Below are positions 1 to 9,434 of a stretch of DNA of 48,112 nucleotides, in pieces (position 1 is the stretch's first letter; each line of letters begins with the position of its first letter). Made by a program: the position numbers and the translations under genes. Location: the NCBI GenBank assembly GCA_003230835.1, contig QIGT01000076.1:1-48112 (forward strand). The letters run 5' to 3'. The stretch comes from Gammaproteobacteria bacterium (GTDB taxonomy: Bacteria; Pseudomonadota; Gammaproteobacteria; Pseudomonadales; Azotimanducaceae). The notes beneath the pieces are model-generated. The model worked only from the letters and a program-made list of their open reading frames with translations. It searched no databases and had not been told where the DNA came from.

Positions 1-66
1 GATGCGGGCCGGTTGTTGTTGGGTTTGCCAGCCCAAGAAATGATGCTTGCAGGAATGGGTGACTAG
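1..66 (+). CDS. 3' end of a gene truncated by the window edge (possibly an acyl-CoA dehydrogenase-like flavin monooxygenase)
   Basis: Frame 1 reads DAGRLLLGLPAQEMMLAGMGD* with TAG at 64-66, overlapping the stop of the convergent MATE gene. The family guess rests only on the GRxLLGL-type tail. Confidence 0.35.
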   Translation, partial: DAGRLLLGLPAQEMMLAGMGD

Positions 67-1493
67 GCAGATGCGAGCTTTCTAATTTTTTCAGGGTGGT
101 TGGCAATGTGCAACAACCGCCAAGCAGTGCACATCGCTACGATGGCTAAGCCAATGGCTAAGCCCGTCCAATAACCATACACGCCCGGTGCGAGCCCGTC
201 GAAAATGATGCCTTCGGCAAGCGCATAGCCTATCGGTACGGCAATAATCCAATAGCCTATAAGCCCGAAATACATTGGGAATTTGGTGTCTTTGTAACCG
301 CGCAATGCACCAATGGTTACTGCGTTGGTATTATCGACAATTTGATAAACGGCGATAAAGATCAGTAACGTAACAGCAATTTCCACTACTTGGGGGTCGG
401 TGGTGAAGATTGCAACCAGCGCATATCTGAAGGCAAGTAAGACAGCACTCATACCCAGGGCGTAATACAGGGAAAATTTGTAAACAACTGCGGCTGTTGC
501 TCGTGCCGCCGCATAATTTTCGGCACCAACATGAAAGCCGACACGTATACTGGCGGCGCTACCTAATGCCATGGGTATGACGTAGGTCGCCCAGTTTATA
601 TTGCCTGCCACTGAATTCGCTGCCACTTCGACCACGCCTATTTTTGCAATCAACAAGCCGATGACCGAAAACACTGCCATTTCAAGAAATATTGATAAAC
701 CGATAGGACCGCCAAGCTTGGTGATACTGCCAATAGTCTTTAGTGAAGGCCATTCAAAATGCTTGAAGAATGTAGTGGATTTGAAGAAGGGTGCGCGCGT
801 GACAGCTAACATAAGCACCAACTCGACCCAGAAAATTATCGCGGTGGCATAGCCACAGCCGATGCCGCCCAGTTCCGGGAAGCCAAACTCGCCATAGATC
901 AGTGCGTAGTTCAGAAAAGCGTTCAGTGGCAGCATCGCACCGGCGATAATCATGGGCGGTACGGTGTGGCCGAGGCCTTCGCTGCTATGTCTTAGTGCCA
1001 CATAGAAAATAACGGCGGGTACGCCCCAGGCAACGGCGGAGAGATATCCAGCGGCAATGTTGCCAGCTTGTTCATCAATGCCCGCCCAGTTGTATACCGG
1101 CGCGGCATTGAGTAGCACCAAGATCAACAAGATACTGGTGCCGAAGCACAGCCACATAGCCTGGCGAATTTGATGTCCAGTGTCTTTTAGCCTTCCAGCC
1201 CCGCGCAGTTGTGCGCAGATAGGCGTCAGTGCCATGGTCATGCCGGTGAGTAGTGTGAAAACGGGCCACAACACCATGCCACCCAATGACACGCCGGCTA
1301 GGTCTACCGAACTGTAGTGACCGGCCATGGCGGCATCAACGGTGCCGGTGAGCATAATGAAGAGTTGGGTCAACACCATGGGGCCGCCAAGATGTAAAAC
1401 TGCTTTCAGCTCAGGGTTAACTTTTTTGCGAGAAATGAACAAATCAGCGGTACTCAAGGGTGATCTGACGCAACAAAGGTTAAATCTTTGCAA
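63..1493 (-). CDS. MATE family efflux transporter (NorM-like); true start probably somewhat downstream of 1493
   Basis: About 12 hydrophobic segments. MATE motifs VDAAMAGH..DLAGVSLG, ASIRVGFHVGA and GALRGYKDT. Confidence 0.92.
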   Translation of the reverse strand: MQRFNLCCVRSPLSTADLFISRKKVNPELKAVLHLGGPMVLTQLFIMLTGTVDAAMAGHYSSVDLAGVSLGGMVLWPVFTLLTGMTMALTPICAQLRGAGRLKDTGHQIRQAMWLCFGTSILLILVLLNAAPVYNWAGIDEQAGNIAAGYLSAVAWGVPAVIFYVALRHSSEGLGHTVPPMIIAGAMLPLNAFLNYALIYGEFGFPELGGIGCGYATAIIFWVELVLMLAVTRAPFFKSTTFFKHFEWPSLKTIGSITKLGGPIGLSIFLEMAVFSVIGLLIAKIGVVEVAANSVAGNINWATYVIPMALGSAASIRVGFHVGAENYAAARATAAVVYKFSLYYALGMSAVLLAFRYALVAIFTTDPQVVEIAVTLLIFIAVYQIVDNTNAVTIGALRGYKDTKFPMYFGLIGYWIIAVPIGYALAEGIIFDGLAPGVYGYWTGLAIGLAIVAMCTAWRLLHIANHPEKIRKLASA

Positions 1494-1601
1494 TTTCTGC
1501 GATTAGGCGTCTAAACGAACAGTGTTGTGTTGGGCCTTTTGGCTCAGCCACGTATCATAGCCAGAACTTGCAGTACGTGTTGAAAAATAGGGGTTTGAAT
1601 C

Positions 1602-2111
1602 ATGGCAATTGAATGGGTAGTAGGTATCGGCGTGCTGAGCCTCTTGTTGGGGTTTGGTATTGCACAGTTGTTTCAAATGGGTGGAGGTAAGCAGAAGTCT
1701 CGGGTTGCCGAATTAGAATCGGCATTAGAAGAAGCCAACGACGAACTCGCGGACTATAAGAAAGAAGTTTTTGGGCAGTTTGCGCAAACTGCTGAAAAAT
1801 TTCGAGCGTTAGATCATAGCTACCAGGATCTTCATCAACAGTTGGCACAAAGTGCTGTGTCGTTGTGTGGTGATGCAGCCACGCCCCTACTGGAAAATAC
1901 TGGCGCATTGCAACTTGAAACTATTGATGCTGAGTCGACGGAAGCTGAATCTATAATAGTGTCTGAGCAAGAGTCGTTGAGTGCCCATGCTGATGTTGAT
2001 ACAGATGCTGATGATGTGCCTATTCTTACCGAGGCACAGAGCAGCGAACTGGATGCTGAAGCGTTAGGTGAACTCGACCCACAAAACAAACCTGCTCGCG
2101 GAATAAGCTAG
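1602..2111 (+). CDS. yhcB: YhcB/ZapG (DUF1043) family membrane-anchored protein
   Basis: N-terminal TM helix, then coiled coil LEEANDELADYKKEVFGQFAQTAEKFRALDHSYQDLHQQLA and an acidic disordered tail. Confidence 0.75.
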   Translation: MAIEWVVGIGVLSLLLGFGIAQLFQMGGGKQKSRVAELESALEEANDELADYKKEVFGQFAQTAEKFRALDHSYQDLHQQLAQSAVSLCGDAATPLLENTGALQLETIDAESTEAESIIVSEQESLSAHADVDTDADDVPILTEAQSSELDAEALGELDPQNKPARGIS

Positions 2112-2116
2112 ATTTG

Positions 2117-2158
2117 CGCACCGGCCTTCGCGGTGAAGTACTCCGGCGCGCTACTTTT
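2117..2158. terminator. GC-rich hairpin between convergent genes (possible terminator)
   Basis: GCGCACCGG..CTTC-GCGGT-GAAG..CCGGCGCGC followed by TACTTTT. Confidence 0.4.
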
Positions 2159-3005
2159 ATGCTGCTTGAGGTCGTTTGTTACCTAATATGGAGACCCTTT
2201 CACCGTAACGGCTGTGAGGCCAATAGTCCCACACTGCATGGTGCTGTGTGCAACGGTTATCCCAGAACGTAAGAGTATTGGGTTGCCATTCAACATGACA
2301 ATACAAACGCGGTGTTTGGGCAATATGATCGAATAGGGCGTTCAGTATGGTCTTACTCTCCCATTGACTCATGCCTTTAATTCTGGCGGTGAAACCACTG
2401 TTTATGTATAACAACTTTTTGCCGGTTTCAGGGTGAGTCACAACCATGGGGTGTTCATTTCTCGGATATGCCTCGCCCTCAGGAGGGTTTACTTTGTAAC
2501 TCGACAAGTAAGGTAATGCGCCATCGTGTATCGCAGTCAAGGGCTCCAACAATGCTTTAAAGGTGTCGCTGAGTAACTCGTATGCCAGGTACATGTCGGC
2601 GAAAAGTGTATCTCCGCCACCCACTTCTGGGGTCTGGGTCATGTACAACATAGAACCCAACGGTGGTATCTCGTCGCAGGTGACATCAGTGTGCCAGCCG
2701 TTGCCTGCGGTATATGTTGAATCTTTGGTGGTTTTAACCCGCAGTACTTCAGGGTCTCCGCCGTAGCTGTGCTGCATAGGATGTACGTGTAACGAGCCAA
2801 ACTTGCGGGCAAACGTCTTGTGTTGCTCTTGGTTTATGTGTTGATCTCTAAACACCACCACCTTCCAGTCTAACCAAGCTTGGTAAATTTCACTGAACTG
2901 TTCATTGGACAAAGGCTTAGACAAGTCAACACCCGCGATTTCGGCACCAATATGTGGTGTGAGGCTGTCGACGCCAATGGTCTGGAATCCTTCTATAGCT
3001 GCCAT
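2157..3005 (-). CDS. TauD/TfdA family Fe(II)/2-oxoglutarate dioxygenase
   Basis: WHTDVT (HxD), GGGDTLFA, HPMVVTHPETG and WDNRCTQHHA. ATG at 3005 is preceded by AAGGAG. Confidence 0.93.
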   Translation of the reverse strand: MAAIEGFQTIGVDSLTPHIGAEIAGVDLSKPLSNEQFSEIYQAWLDWKVVVFRDQHINQEQHKTFARKFGSLHVHPMQHSYGGDPEVLRVKTTKDSTYTAGNGWHTDVTCDEIPPLGSMLYMTQTPEVGGGDTLFADMYLAYELLSDTFKALLEPLTAIHDGALPYLSSYKVNPPEGEAYPRNEHPMVVTHPETGKKLLYINSGFTARIKGMSQWESKTILNALFDHIAQTPRLYCHVEWQPNTLTFWDNRCTQHHAVWDYWPHSRYGERVSILGNKRPQAA

Positions 3006-3015
3006 TATGATCTCC

Positions 3016-4197
3016 TTATTCGGGTAACCCGAGTACGCGTTTTGCAATAATGTTGGATTGAATTTCGTTGCTGCCGCCGTAAATAGTTGTCGTGCGTAAG
3101 TGTAACCACTCTTCTGTGGCCTTCAGTTCATTGCCATCAAAACCTACTTCTTCATGTGCGCCTAAGCCTCTAAATCCCATCAGCTCTCGCTTCAATTCGG
3201 CAGTGTCTTGTTGCATGGTTGCACCTACCAGTTTGAATATGGAGGTTGCAGCACCAGGAGTGCCTGATTTGTTTTCTTCGTTAGCGCGTTGTGCGGTAAG
3301 TTGGAATGCAGAGCGTTGCATATTCAAATTTAGAATTTTGCGTCGAACACTTGGGTCATCAATTTTACCTTGATCTTCACCCAGGTATTGCTTGGCGATA
3401 CGCACAATGCCTGGGCTTGGGTTGGCCGCGCGGGCGCCACCAGTCAAACCACCGATACCCGATCGTTCAAACTGCAACAGACGCTTCCCCACAGTCCAAC
3501 CTTTGTTGAGTTCTCCGACCAGGTCGTCTTTTTGTGCGACGGCATCATCGAAGAAAGTTTCGCAGAAGGGCGATGAGCCGGAGATGAGCTTAATGGGCTT
3601 TGTCGTCACCCCAGGTTGGTCCATGGTCAGCAACATAAAGCTGATGCCTTCATGTTTAGGCGCATCTGGATCTGTGCGCACTAGGATGAACATCCAGTCG
3701 GCAGTTGCTGCACCGGAAGTCCAAATTTTCTGGCCGTTGATTAAGAAGTGGTCGCCATGGTCGACTGCTTTGGTGGACAAGGCAGCAAGATCTGAGCCTG
3801 CGTTAGGTTCTGAGTAACCTTGGCACCATTGAATTTCGCCCCGGGCAATTTTTGGGAGGTGACGTTGTTTTTGCTCGTCGGTACCATATTCCAACAACGT
3901 CGGGCCGATCATTGATGTGCTCATACCCATCAATGGTGAACGTGCCTTGATGACGGCCATTTCTTCGTACAAAATTTTAGCGAAAGCAGGGCTTAAACCG
4001 CCGCCGCCGTATTGGGTGGGCCAAATGGGCACGGTCCAGCCTTTTTCTGCACAGCGTTCTAGCCAAACTGCGACGTCGGGCTCTAAGCTGATTTGAGTTG
4101 AGCCATTGGGAATTTGGCCGGGTCCACGTGCACCTTCAGGGCAGTTCTCTGCTAGCCACTCAGCAACGTCCGCTCGAAATTCCTTTAATTCACTCAA
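3016..4197 (-). CDS. Acyl-CoA dehydrogenase family protein (PimC/FadE-like)
   Basis: WCQGYSEPNAGSDLA, NGQKIWTS and TIYGGSNEIQ. TTG start with a GAGGA RBS. Confidence 0.93.
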   Translation of the reverse strand: MSELKEFRADVAEWLAENCPEGARGPGQIPNGSTQISLEPDVAVWLERCAEKGWTVPIWPTQYGGGGLSPAFAKILYEEMAVIKARSPLMGMSTSMIGPTLLEYGTDEQKQRHLPKIARGEIQWCQGYSEPNAGSDLAALSTKAVDHGDHFLINGQKIWTSGAATADWMFILVRTDPDAPKHEGISFMLLTMDQPGVTTKPIKLISGSSPFCETFFDDAVAQKDDLVGELNKGWTVGKRLLQFERSGIGGLTGGARAANPSPGIVRIAKQYLGEDQGKIDDPSVRRKILNLNMQRSAFQLTAQRANEENKSGTPGAATSIFKLVGATMQQDTAELKRELMGFRGLGAHEEVGFDGNELKATEEWLHLRTTTIYGGSNEIQSNIIAKRVLGLPE

Positions 4198-4331
4198 CTT
4201 CCTCTCCTCATCTATGTTTCACCATCCATATTCCATATTCCAATAGTGTGCTTGGAACGCTAAAAATATGTCCACTGAAAACTTTACTCGGTATAGACTG
4301 TCGATTCCAGTTATGGTGAAGACTAAATTCT

Positions 4332-5915
4332 ATGGGCTTAGCGGTGGTGCCGTTCTCACTCGAAGATACATCCGGGGCAAATATCAGCTTTCCGGGTCAG
4401 CGCCATGGCTTGGTTTGCTTCGTCAAAGAAGATTGTCCGACCTGCCATGCGGTGATGCCGGTACTGGCAGAATTGTATCGAGTCTATCAGGGCAATCTAG
4501 ACATACATGTGATTGGCCAAACCCAGCAAGGCAATACGGTGTTGGAAAACCAATACTCCCCGCCTTTTTCCATGCTCGATGATTCCACCTTGAAGGTCTC
4601 TTTCGCCACCGATATCGAAATAGTGCCGTCATTGTTTTGGACAGATGAACAAGGTCAGACCAGCCAGTGCTTGGTGGGTTTTGTGCGTGATGAATGGCAG
4701 CAATTGTGCGCAGATCTTGATCTAGTTTTTGAGACTAACTCCACCGATATTGATTGGAGCGCATTTCCTGAATGGCGAGCAGGATGCGGCTCTATGTCTG
4801 CTGATCCGCTGATTGCTGACAGGCTGAGGGCTGAGTCGCAGAATAGCCCGTTACGTGCGCGCAAGATTGATATTGGCAGCGGTGATGACGACTTTGAGTT
4901 TATGTTTGACCAAGGCTTTTCGGATGGTTTGCCGCTAGTGCCGCCGACCCCGGAACGAGTATTGCGTATGCTTGCTGGCAGCCATCGAGACCCTCAAGAA
5001 GTGTTGGCGATTATGCCGCCGAACATGGGTGAGGTCACGGTAGAGAAAGTTGCGATAAATGCCGTTATGGCTGGCTGTATGCCGCAGTACATGCCGATAA
5101 TTAATACGGTGGTGCAAGCCATCTGTACGGATGAGTACAATATTCACGGCGTCATGGCGACAACCATGGGGGCTAGTCCGGTGATTGTGGTGAATGGACC
5201 CATACGCGAACAAATCGACATGAACATGAAGCTAGGTGCCTTGGGTCAAGGCAATCGCGCCAATGCCACCATTGGTAGAGCGGTACGTTTGCTGTTGCGA
5301 AATATGGGTGGTGCGCGCCCAGGTGGAACCGAACGATCGACCTTAGGCAATCCGATGAAATTCACTATGTGCTTTGCTGAGTGGGAAGAACGCAGTCCCT
5401 GGCAGCCGTTGCATGTTGAACGTGGTTTCAATGCAAGCGATTCTGTGGTGACCATCTTCACCATGACGAGTGGTCCAACACTTATCGTTGATCAAGACTC
5501 ACGCTCCGCAGGGGCATTGGCGGGAACCATGGGTTTGTGTTTAGAAGCAGCATTTAATCCCAAAGCACACTATGCAACTGATTGCTTGTTAGTAGTGGTG
5601 CCGGAACATATCGATACGCTGATGCGAGATGGGTATAGCAAGGCAGACTTGCGCCAAAGAATCCAGGAGGTCACTGCACGACCTATCCGTGAGTTGGTCG
5701 CCGATGAGGTATCCGGTACAGGGTTCAAAGCAGAAGTGGCTGCCTCGATGAGTAAAGTGCAACTCGATAGACGGCTGCCTAAGTTTAAGTCAGAAGATGA
5801 TATTCACATTGTGGTTGCCGGGTCTGAAGCGGGGAAATTTTCCGCTGCATTTCACGGCTGGGCAACTGGGGAGATCGGCTCGATATCGGTTTCCCGCAAG
5901 ATCGACGAAATATAA
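4332..5915 (+). CDS. N-terminal thioredoxin-fold/redoxin domain (CPTC) fused to an uncharacterised domain typical of UGSC-selenoprotein partner proteins
   Basis: VKEDCPTC and cis-Pro-like IVPSLF in the first ~130 aa, then WRAGCGS, GFSDGLPLVPPT, AINAVMAGC and GNRANATIGRA motifs. Confidence 0.75.
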   Translation: MGLAVVPFSLEDTSGANISFPGQRHGLVCFVKEDCPTCHAVMPVLAELYRVYQGNLDIHVIGQTQQGNTVLENQYSPPFSMLDDSTLKVSFATDIEIVPSLFWTDEQGQTSQCLVGFVRDEWQQLCADLDLVFETNSTDIDWSAFPEWRAGCGSMSADPLIADRLRAESQNSPLRARKIDIGSGDDDFEFMFDQGFSDGLPLVPPTPERVLRMLAGSHRDPQEVLAIMPPNMGEVTVEKVAINAVMAGCMPQYMPIINTVVQAICTDEYNIHGVMATTMGASPVIVVNGPIREQIDMNMKLGALGQGNRANATIGRAVRLLLRNMGGARPGGTERSTLGNPMKFTMCFAEWEERSPWQPLHVERGFNASDSVVTIFTMTSGPTLIVDQDSRSAGALAGTMGLCLEAAFNPKAHYATDCLLVVVPEHIDTLMRDGYSKADLRQRIQEVTARPIRELVADEVSGTGFKAEVAASMSKVQLDRRLPKFKSEDDIHIVVAGSEAGKFSAAFHGWATGEIGSISVSRKIDEI

Positions 5916-5951
5916 CCCAATGAAAAGTTCTAACCGTAGGAGTCTTCAAAT

Positions 5952-6470
5952 ATGACTACCATTTTAGATCCAACCGACGAAAGGGTGCCGGTGGAGAGAA
6001 GTATTACACCTCGTCCGCCTAGCATTTCTGGCACCGTAGCCTTACTCGATATCTCTAAGCCACGGGGTAGTGTGTTAATTGATCGCTTGCAGGAACTATT
6101 GCAGCAGCGATTGCCTGATGTCACTTTCAACCGCTATGCAAAGCCAACTTTTGCCAAGCCAGCGCCGGATGAGCTTCGCCGTCAAATTCAAGCAGAGAAT
6201 GATTTCGTAGTTGAAGCGTTAGCTGACTGAGGCTCTTGTACCACGTGCAGTTTGCATGACACGGTATGGTTTGAGATTCAGGGCACGCCTGCAGTCTCTA
6301 TTGCTTCATCAGAATTTGTTGATGCTGCTGAAACCCAAGCTAGAGCATTAGGTATGCTTGATGCACAACGCGTCTTTGTTAGTCATCCGATTCAAGATGC
6401 CAATGATGAAGAAATGCGCGCTAAGGCAGATGCCATTGTGGATGGGGTGGTCAAAGCGCTAACGGCCTAG
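5952..6470 (+). CDS. UGSC-family selenoprotein, 172 aa, Sec at codon 93 (TGA 6228-6230)
   Basis: ORFs 5952-6230 and 6252-6470 are in one frame. Read-through gives VVEALAD-U-GSCTTCSLHDTVWFEIQGTPAV. AGGAG RBS before 5952 and a SECIS-like hairpin after the TGA. Confidence 0.88.
6238..6267 (+). promoter_or_regulatory. Candidate bacterial SECIS element
   Basis: Lower stem GTACC/GGTAT, upper stem CGTGCA/TGCATG, apical loop GTT starting 19 nt after the TGA. Confidence 0.7.
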
Positions 6471-6478
6471 AGGCGGCT

Positions 6479-7750
6479 TTGGACAAGAAAATCTACTACG
6501 GCTACTGGCTGGTCTGCGGGGCCTTTATCGCCCAATTTGTGTCCTTAGGAATGTACAGCTACGTGCTGGGAAGTTTTATGACGCCTATGCTCGACGAGTT
6601 AGGCTGGACGCGTGCAGAGTTTTCATTGACGCGAACCATTGGGCAAATAGTGATGGCGGCGGTGGCGGTTTTTGTTGGCGTGCGCATTGATCGATTTGGT
6701 GGACGCCCCATTATGTTGTTAGGCACCACCGTGTTGAGTGTTGCGTTGTGTTTGCATAGCCTTGTTGCAGACCTGTGGGTTTGGTGGATACTCAATGGTG
6801 TTGTCTTAACCATGGGTTGCGCCATGATCGGCAACCTTGTGGTTAATGTGACCTTGTCCAAGTGGTTTGTGGTTAATCGTGGCAAAGCCATTGCCTTTGC
6901 CGCCATGGGTGTGTCTTTTGGAGGCGTTGCGCTTACCCCGTTAGCCACCTGGTTGATCGATGTGATTGGCTGGCGAGAGGCGTGGATTTGGTTGGGGGCG
7001 ATCGCGGCAGTACTGCTGTATCCGGTTGCTTTACTCATGCGACGTGCACCAGAAGATTATGGCTTAAATCCAGATGGGCACAGCGATGCGCAAATTGCGG
7101 CTGGGTCTGGTGATCTTGCAGATGCTGAAAATACCAATGCTTATACCCGGGCGGAAGCGTTACGCACGCTGTCTTTTTACGCCTTGGTGGTCGCTTTTGG
7201 CTTTTTCTCAATCAACATTATTGTCTTATTGCTACATACCGTCCCCTACCTCACAGATGCGGGGTTGACTCGAAACGAAGCAGCCTTCGCCATATTTGTG
7301 ACTTCAGTTCCAGCAATGATGTCTAAACCTGTGTGGGGGTACTTGATAGATCGTAGTGCGGTCAAACCGTTGGCTGCGTTGTCTGCAGTGGTCACGGGCT
7401 TAGCGTTGTTGTTGATTGTTGTGTCGGTCGCACATCAACAAATTGTTTGGATCTACATAGCCTATGCGGTTTTGGGATTGGGTTGGGGCGGCATGATTCC
7501 TATGCAAGAGGTTATTTGGGCACGCTTCTTTGGACGTCGGCATATCGGTGCGATTCGCGGAGCAGGTATGCCTTTTGCGCTGCTGCTGGGCGCCATTGCA
7601 CCCTGGGCAGTATCGTATTATCACGACATCGTGGGTGTATATGATGGTGCGCTTATAGTGGTTGCATCTCTGAATGTACTGTCTGGCGCGCTAATATTTT
7701 TCGCGCCGCCACCGAAAAAAAAGCTCCACCAATCTGCCTACACTGCATAG
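6479..7750 (+). CDS. MFS transporter (OFA/MCT-like)
   Basis: 12 TM segments, motif A GVRIDRFGGR, WFVVNRGKA and FFGRRHIGAIRG. Starts 8 nt after the selenoprotein stop. Confidence 0.9.
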   Translation: MDKKIYYGYWLVCGAFIAQFVSLGMYSYVLGSFMTPMLDELGWTRAEFSLTRTIGQIVMAAVAVFVGVRIDRFGGRPIMLLGTTVLSVALCLHSLVADLWVWWILNGVVLTMGCAMIGNLVVNVTLSKWFVVNRGKAIAFAAMGVSFGGVALTPLATWLIDVIGWREAWIWLGAIAAVLLYPVALLMRRAPEDYGLNPDGHSDAQIAAGSGDLADAENTNAYTRAEALRTLSFYALVVAFGFFSINIIVLLLHTVPYLTDAGLTRNEAAFAIFVTSVPAMMSKPVWGYLIDRSAVKPLAALSAVVTGLALLLIVVSVAHQQIVWIYIAYAVLGLGWGGMIPMQEVIWARFFGRRHIGAIRGAGMPFALLLGAIAPWAVSYYHDIVGVYDGALIVVASLNVLSGALIFFAPPPKKKLHQSAYTA

Positions 7751-7754
7751 GATT

Positions 7755-9386
7755 TTATTCAGACGGCACGGGCGGGAGAGTAAATTCCCACGGTGTGGTT
7801 TCACTGCCTTGTTTGACGGGGACTTCGATCACCACAGGTACATCAGCGGCAAAAGCAACTTCTAGAGCTGTTTTTAACTTGGCTGGATTTTCAGCTTTCA
7901 TCCCCATGGCACCAAAACTCTCTGCCAGCGCAACAAAGTTAGGATTATTCAGCTTTGAACCGATGACTCGGCCGCCGTATTTGGTATTTTGGTCGCGCAA
8001 CACATTGCCATAGGCACTATTGTTAAAAACAACAGTGACCACGTTAATACCATACTGAACTGCAGTGGCGAGTTCTTGGACGCCATACATGAAGCCACCA
8101 TCTCCGCAAACAGAGATAACAGATTTGTTAGGGTGAGCTACTTTAACGCCGAGTGCAGTGTTGAAACCAAAGCCGAGGTTTTCTTGATATCCACAAGTCA
8201 CATAGTGGCGGGGCTCGTAGACTGGAAAACCAAATCTAGCGGTGAAGCCCATTTGCGATACTTCTTCAACGAAGAAGCCATCGCGTGGTAACACGTCTCT
8301 GATCACGTTTAGATAGTCCATTTGCGGTTGTACAACTTGGATGTCGGCAAGACTTTTCTCTTTAACAGAGCGGAATTGTGCTTCGCGACTCGGACGCTTA
8401 TCGAGTTCGCCCTCTAAGGCTTGTAAAAGTGCCCGTGTACCAAGATCTGAGTCTGTCAGAATTCCCACATCCATGGGGATACGTTTGAACTCTTCGGGAT
8501 CGATGTCAATGCGTATGATCTTTATTCCGGGTGGAAACCAGCGCCAGCGAAAATGTTGTAATTCTAAGCGACTACCGATACCTATGAGTAAGTCGGTTTC
8601 TTCCCAGAGGCGTCGGGCTGCAACAAGATTCATGGCGTAAGGTGAGTCATCGCTGACAATGCCTTTGCCACTTCTGTGTGAACTTACTGGGGCTTGTAGG
8701 CGTTGTGCGAGTTGCGCAATCGACTGGCCAGCATGAAGTGCGCCAGCCCCCACAGAAATCATCGGGTTGTTGGCTTGTTTGATTAGCTTCACAGCGGCTT
8801 GTAGGTCGCTTTGGTTGGGTGTTGGAGGTGGTGTTGGTTCAATATCAACCGCCAAGTCAACCTCTGCGCTCATACCGAAGACATCCCATGGTGCTTCAAT
8901 AGTCACCGGTTGTGGACGCCCGGATAGCAGTTGGTTGAATGCCTCTGCGACTATTTTTGGCGCGTCTTGTGGGCATCGGATGCGTTCTGACCATTTGGTG
9001 ATGCTGCGAAGTGTTGCCAGTTGGTCTGGTAACTCATGTAACTGCCCGCGACCTTTGCCAATAAGGTTAGACATGATGTTGCCGGTGACACACAACAACG
9101 GCGTGGTTGCACCATAGGCGGTACACAATGCTGCCCCGGAGTTGAGTACCCCTGGCCCAGGTACTACCGTATAGGTGCCTACTCGTCCGGTAGACTTGGC
9201 ATACCCGTAGGCCATGTAGCCTGCACCTTGCTCGTGACGAGTGGTATAGAAAGAGATGTCGTCTTTGAGTTCAAACAGCGCATCGTTAAAATCGTACATA
9301 TGCGCACCAGGGATACCAAATATCGTATCAACGCCATGTATCTGCAGACTTCTTGCAATTGCCTGACCAGTGGTCATTTTTGCCAT
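7755..9386 (-). CDS. Thiamine-diphosphate-dependent enzyme (acetolactate synthase-like superfamily)
   Basis: IFGIPG, RHEQGAGYMA and GDGGFMY...NNSAYG. Start set at MAKMTTGQ because the longer ORF overlaps the divergent TauD gene. Confidence 0.92.
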   Translation of the reverse strand: MAKMTTGQAIARSLQIHGVDTIFGIPGAHMYDFNDALFELKDDISFYTTRHEQGAGYMAYGYAKSTGRVGTYTVVPGPGVLNSGAALCTAYGATTPLLCVTGNIMSNLIGKGRGQLHELPDQLATLRSITKWSERIRCPQDAPKIVAEAFNQLLSGRPQPVTIEAPWDVFGMSAEVDLAVDIEPTPPPTPNQSDLQAAVKLIKQANNPMISVGAGALHAGQSIAQLAQRLQAPVSSHRSGKGIVSDDSPYAMNLVAARRLWEETDLLIGIGSRLELQHFRWRWFPPGIKIIRIDIDPEEFKRIPMDVGILTDSDLGTRALLQALEGELDKRPSREAQFRSVKEKSLADIQVVQPQMDYLNVIRDVLPRDGFFVEEVSQMGFTARFGFPVYEPRHYVTCGYQENLGFGFNTALGVKVAHPNKSVISVCGDGGFMYGVQELATAVQYGINVVTVVFNNSAYGNVLRDQNTKYGGRVIGSKLNNPNFVALAESFGAMGMKAENPAKLKTALEVAFAADVPVVIEVPVKQGSETTPWEFTLPPVPSE

Positions 9387-9434
9387 ATTCGGTTCTAATC
9401 CCTTGCAAGTGTCGTGGTGACGAGGAAGAACAGT

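Noticed and set aside
5952-6470. Two separate small genes, or a nonsense pseudogene
   Set aside because: Same frame, the stop is TGA in a UxxC context with a SECIS-like hairpin, and the second fragment has no RBS. The same reasoning applies to 44340-45221.
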